Source: Sphyrna mokarran (taxonomy: Eukaryota). Taken from it: 64,000 nucleotides of DNA. The notes beneath the pieces were generated by a model that searched no databases, was not told the origin of the DNA, and worked only from the letters and a program-made list of their open reading frames with translations. Shown piece after piece: positions 61,719 to 64,000 of this stretch. The position numbers were made by a program, and so were the translations under genes. Each line of letters opens with the position of its first letter. Positions within the stretch are counted from its first letter, which is position 1. The stretch lies in NCBI GenBank assembly GCA_024679065.1, contig JAGIQG010000028.1, forward strand, positions 12,772,001 through 12,836,000, read 5' to 3'.

Positions 61719-64000
61719 GTATTTGTAGATCCTACAGTAAACATTAACCATTCCTTCTGAAGACATCAACATTGTGTCATCTTGAATATTTCATGAAATG
61801 TCTGTGCAGATTTTTCTCTAATTCTGTGGGGTATTTTTTAATGGCACATTGCAGCCTTCAGTTTTCTCCCTTCCTCTTCTGAAGCAGGGTTACAGAGTTC
61901 CCCTACTGCCCACTGCCCAATCCCACCCCACTCCAAAACTCCCATGCCTTTCCACCACTCTCCAGCAACGTCCTGCTGAAGTATGAGCCCAGGCAGGATA
62001 TGTATACATTTGTAGCTCGGTGGGTAGTAGAGTGGCAGAGAGGTCAACATCATGTGGTAGTAACATTCTCCATAGCTAAACAGCATGCCTTCAGTCACTG
62101 CAGTGTCTCTGGTGTAGTAACAGTTACTTGGGCAAAATATTTGAGGGCCCTCCAATGCCTGCAGGAACTGAACCCAAGTCACTTACATGCCTTCAAAACA
62201 GGAAGGGAGGGAGAGAACTGGAGAGAAACTTCAAAAAGCATGTGCACATCATGATTTCTTGCTTGGATGTCAAATGCTGATGCACCCCTGCATCACATTT
62301 GGCCCATGATCATACATTGTGCAAGGCAGGGGACACATTCTCAGGGGAATGAATGATATTTCTCTTTACATTATATAACAAAAAAATCCCAAAGGTTCAC
62401 CAAGTCTTTGTCATTCTGCTTGTGAACAAATTTACAGACTTCCAGATTGCATACTTATGCATGTTGCATATTTACAAACACAGTTACCTCCATCTATCTA
62501 TTACATAGATAGCCCAAAAATGTGCTCTTAGGCTGATTGGGTAACAAATTGTCCCTATATTGGTCCCTATATAGGAATCTTCAACAATAGGCATAGCCTA
62601 AAGACAAGGATATGTCATTAGGACGTTAGGACGGCAGTGTGGGCTCGTTGGGCCGAAGGGCCTGTTTCCCGTGCTGTGTTGCTCTTTGTTCTTTTGTTTG
62701 TATTTCTGTGTGTGCATGTGTATGGAGTTTTTTTCCCTCACAATTGGGATTATCAATAAAGTGTGACGGGGAAGGTATCACAGAGGAAAAATTCGATGTT
62801 TAGAAAATGAGTGCACACCAGACAATAGACTTTGATACAGATTAGAAATAGTCTTTTAAACAAAAACAGAAATCTAGCCATTTCCATGATGCATTTTATT
62901 GACCTCTAAATCAGATCCAGTACTTAACTGCAAGAGAAACAGTCACTCGACCTCAGAGCAAATGCACTTTGATTTAGACCTGGTGATCGTAAACTGATCA
63001 GCTGTTGGTTGTGGCATTATACATTATGTTGCATCATGTTCCTGTCCTTATAACCCTCTACATCCTTCAATTTACTGCAAGTGATGCCAGAGATAATAGG
63101 AAAATAGGAACAGAAGTCGGCAAATTCAGCTCTTCGGGCGTGCTCTACCATTCAATCAGATCATCGTTGATCTCTGCTGGTCTCAAATCCATCTCCCCAC
63201 TGTTCTCCCATCCCTTTATCTCTTTTTTTTTATTAGAAATATATCTATCTCCTTCATAAGACCACTCAACAATTCAGACTCCACCATACTATGGGATAGC
63301 GAGTTCCACAAATTTACCATCCTCTGCGAGAATAATACAAGAGCACAAACTTCTGATTACAGGCAAATTCAATAATTTTAGATACTGGAGCACAGCAATG
63401 AAATATCCAACTTCATTCTCTCAGTTTAAGGTTAACGTGGCCCTCATGTTAGATTGGTGCCTAATTGGATGCACCTATAGCACATTTATTTGTTGCTTCT
63501 TTACTACATCATAGTTTTTGTCTCAACGTCATGACTGTTCAAAACTGGGGACATTGAGTTATAAAGGTATACTGCCCTTAATTAGCTGCATCAAAGAACA
63601 ATTGTTTATACAGTTTCTGATTTTCATCATCTGTCTAAAAAAAATGAGAAAATATTGGAGAAGGAAGATTAAAGTGGAACAAATTAAAGTAAATAAAATA
63701 TTAAACGGCACATGAAGAACTCAAAACCAGGTCGCTTAGACCATTGGGACAAGAAGTCAAAAATTAAATTAGTGAGATGTTTTTAATTTCTTAACAAAGT
63801 GTGATTTAAAAAAAAATCAATCAAAGAAGGCATGTTGACACAGTGATTAGCAGTGCTGTCTCACATAACCAGGAGCCTGAGGTTTGATCCCAAGCTGGGT
63901 CACTGTCTGTGCGGTCTCTGCATGTTCTTCCCATGTCTACATGGGTTTCCTCCAGGTGTACCAGCTTCCTCCCACAGGACAAAAGATGTGCAGTTAGGTG

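Overview
Eukaryotic DNA, almost certainly a shark (inferred from HE1/V-SINEs, SacSINE1-like Deu-SINEs, CR1/HER1 LINEs and Penelope-like elements). The whole window lies inside one + strand gene, PRDM16 (MEL1). Six internal coding exons, equivalent to human exons 4-9, have canonical AG/GT ends and consistent phases: 6789-6923, 43672-43774, 47365-47563, 49173-49320, 53054-53207 and 60338-61718. They encode the C-terminal half of the PR/SET domain, the atypical ZF0 finger, the first seven C2H2 fingers, the proline-rich region and both CtBP-binding motifs. The rest is intron (one of about 36.7 kb) packed with decayed transposons, several minisatellites and one 134-N assembly gap. I found no convincingly new biological system. 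The best leads are: a 101-bp TSD-flanked insertion carrying a Penelope-type hammerhead ribozyme core, with related remnants elsewhere; retention of the EVI1-equivalent start Met in this PRDM16; minisatellites built from TF-consensus motifs (NF-kB+FOX, AP-1+FOX, SOX); and a perfect 34-bp palindrome. All homology calls come from recalled sequences, not database searches, and repeat boundaries are approximate.
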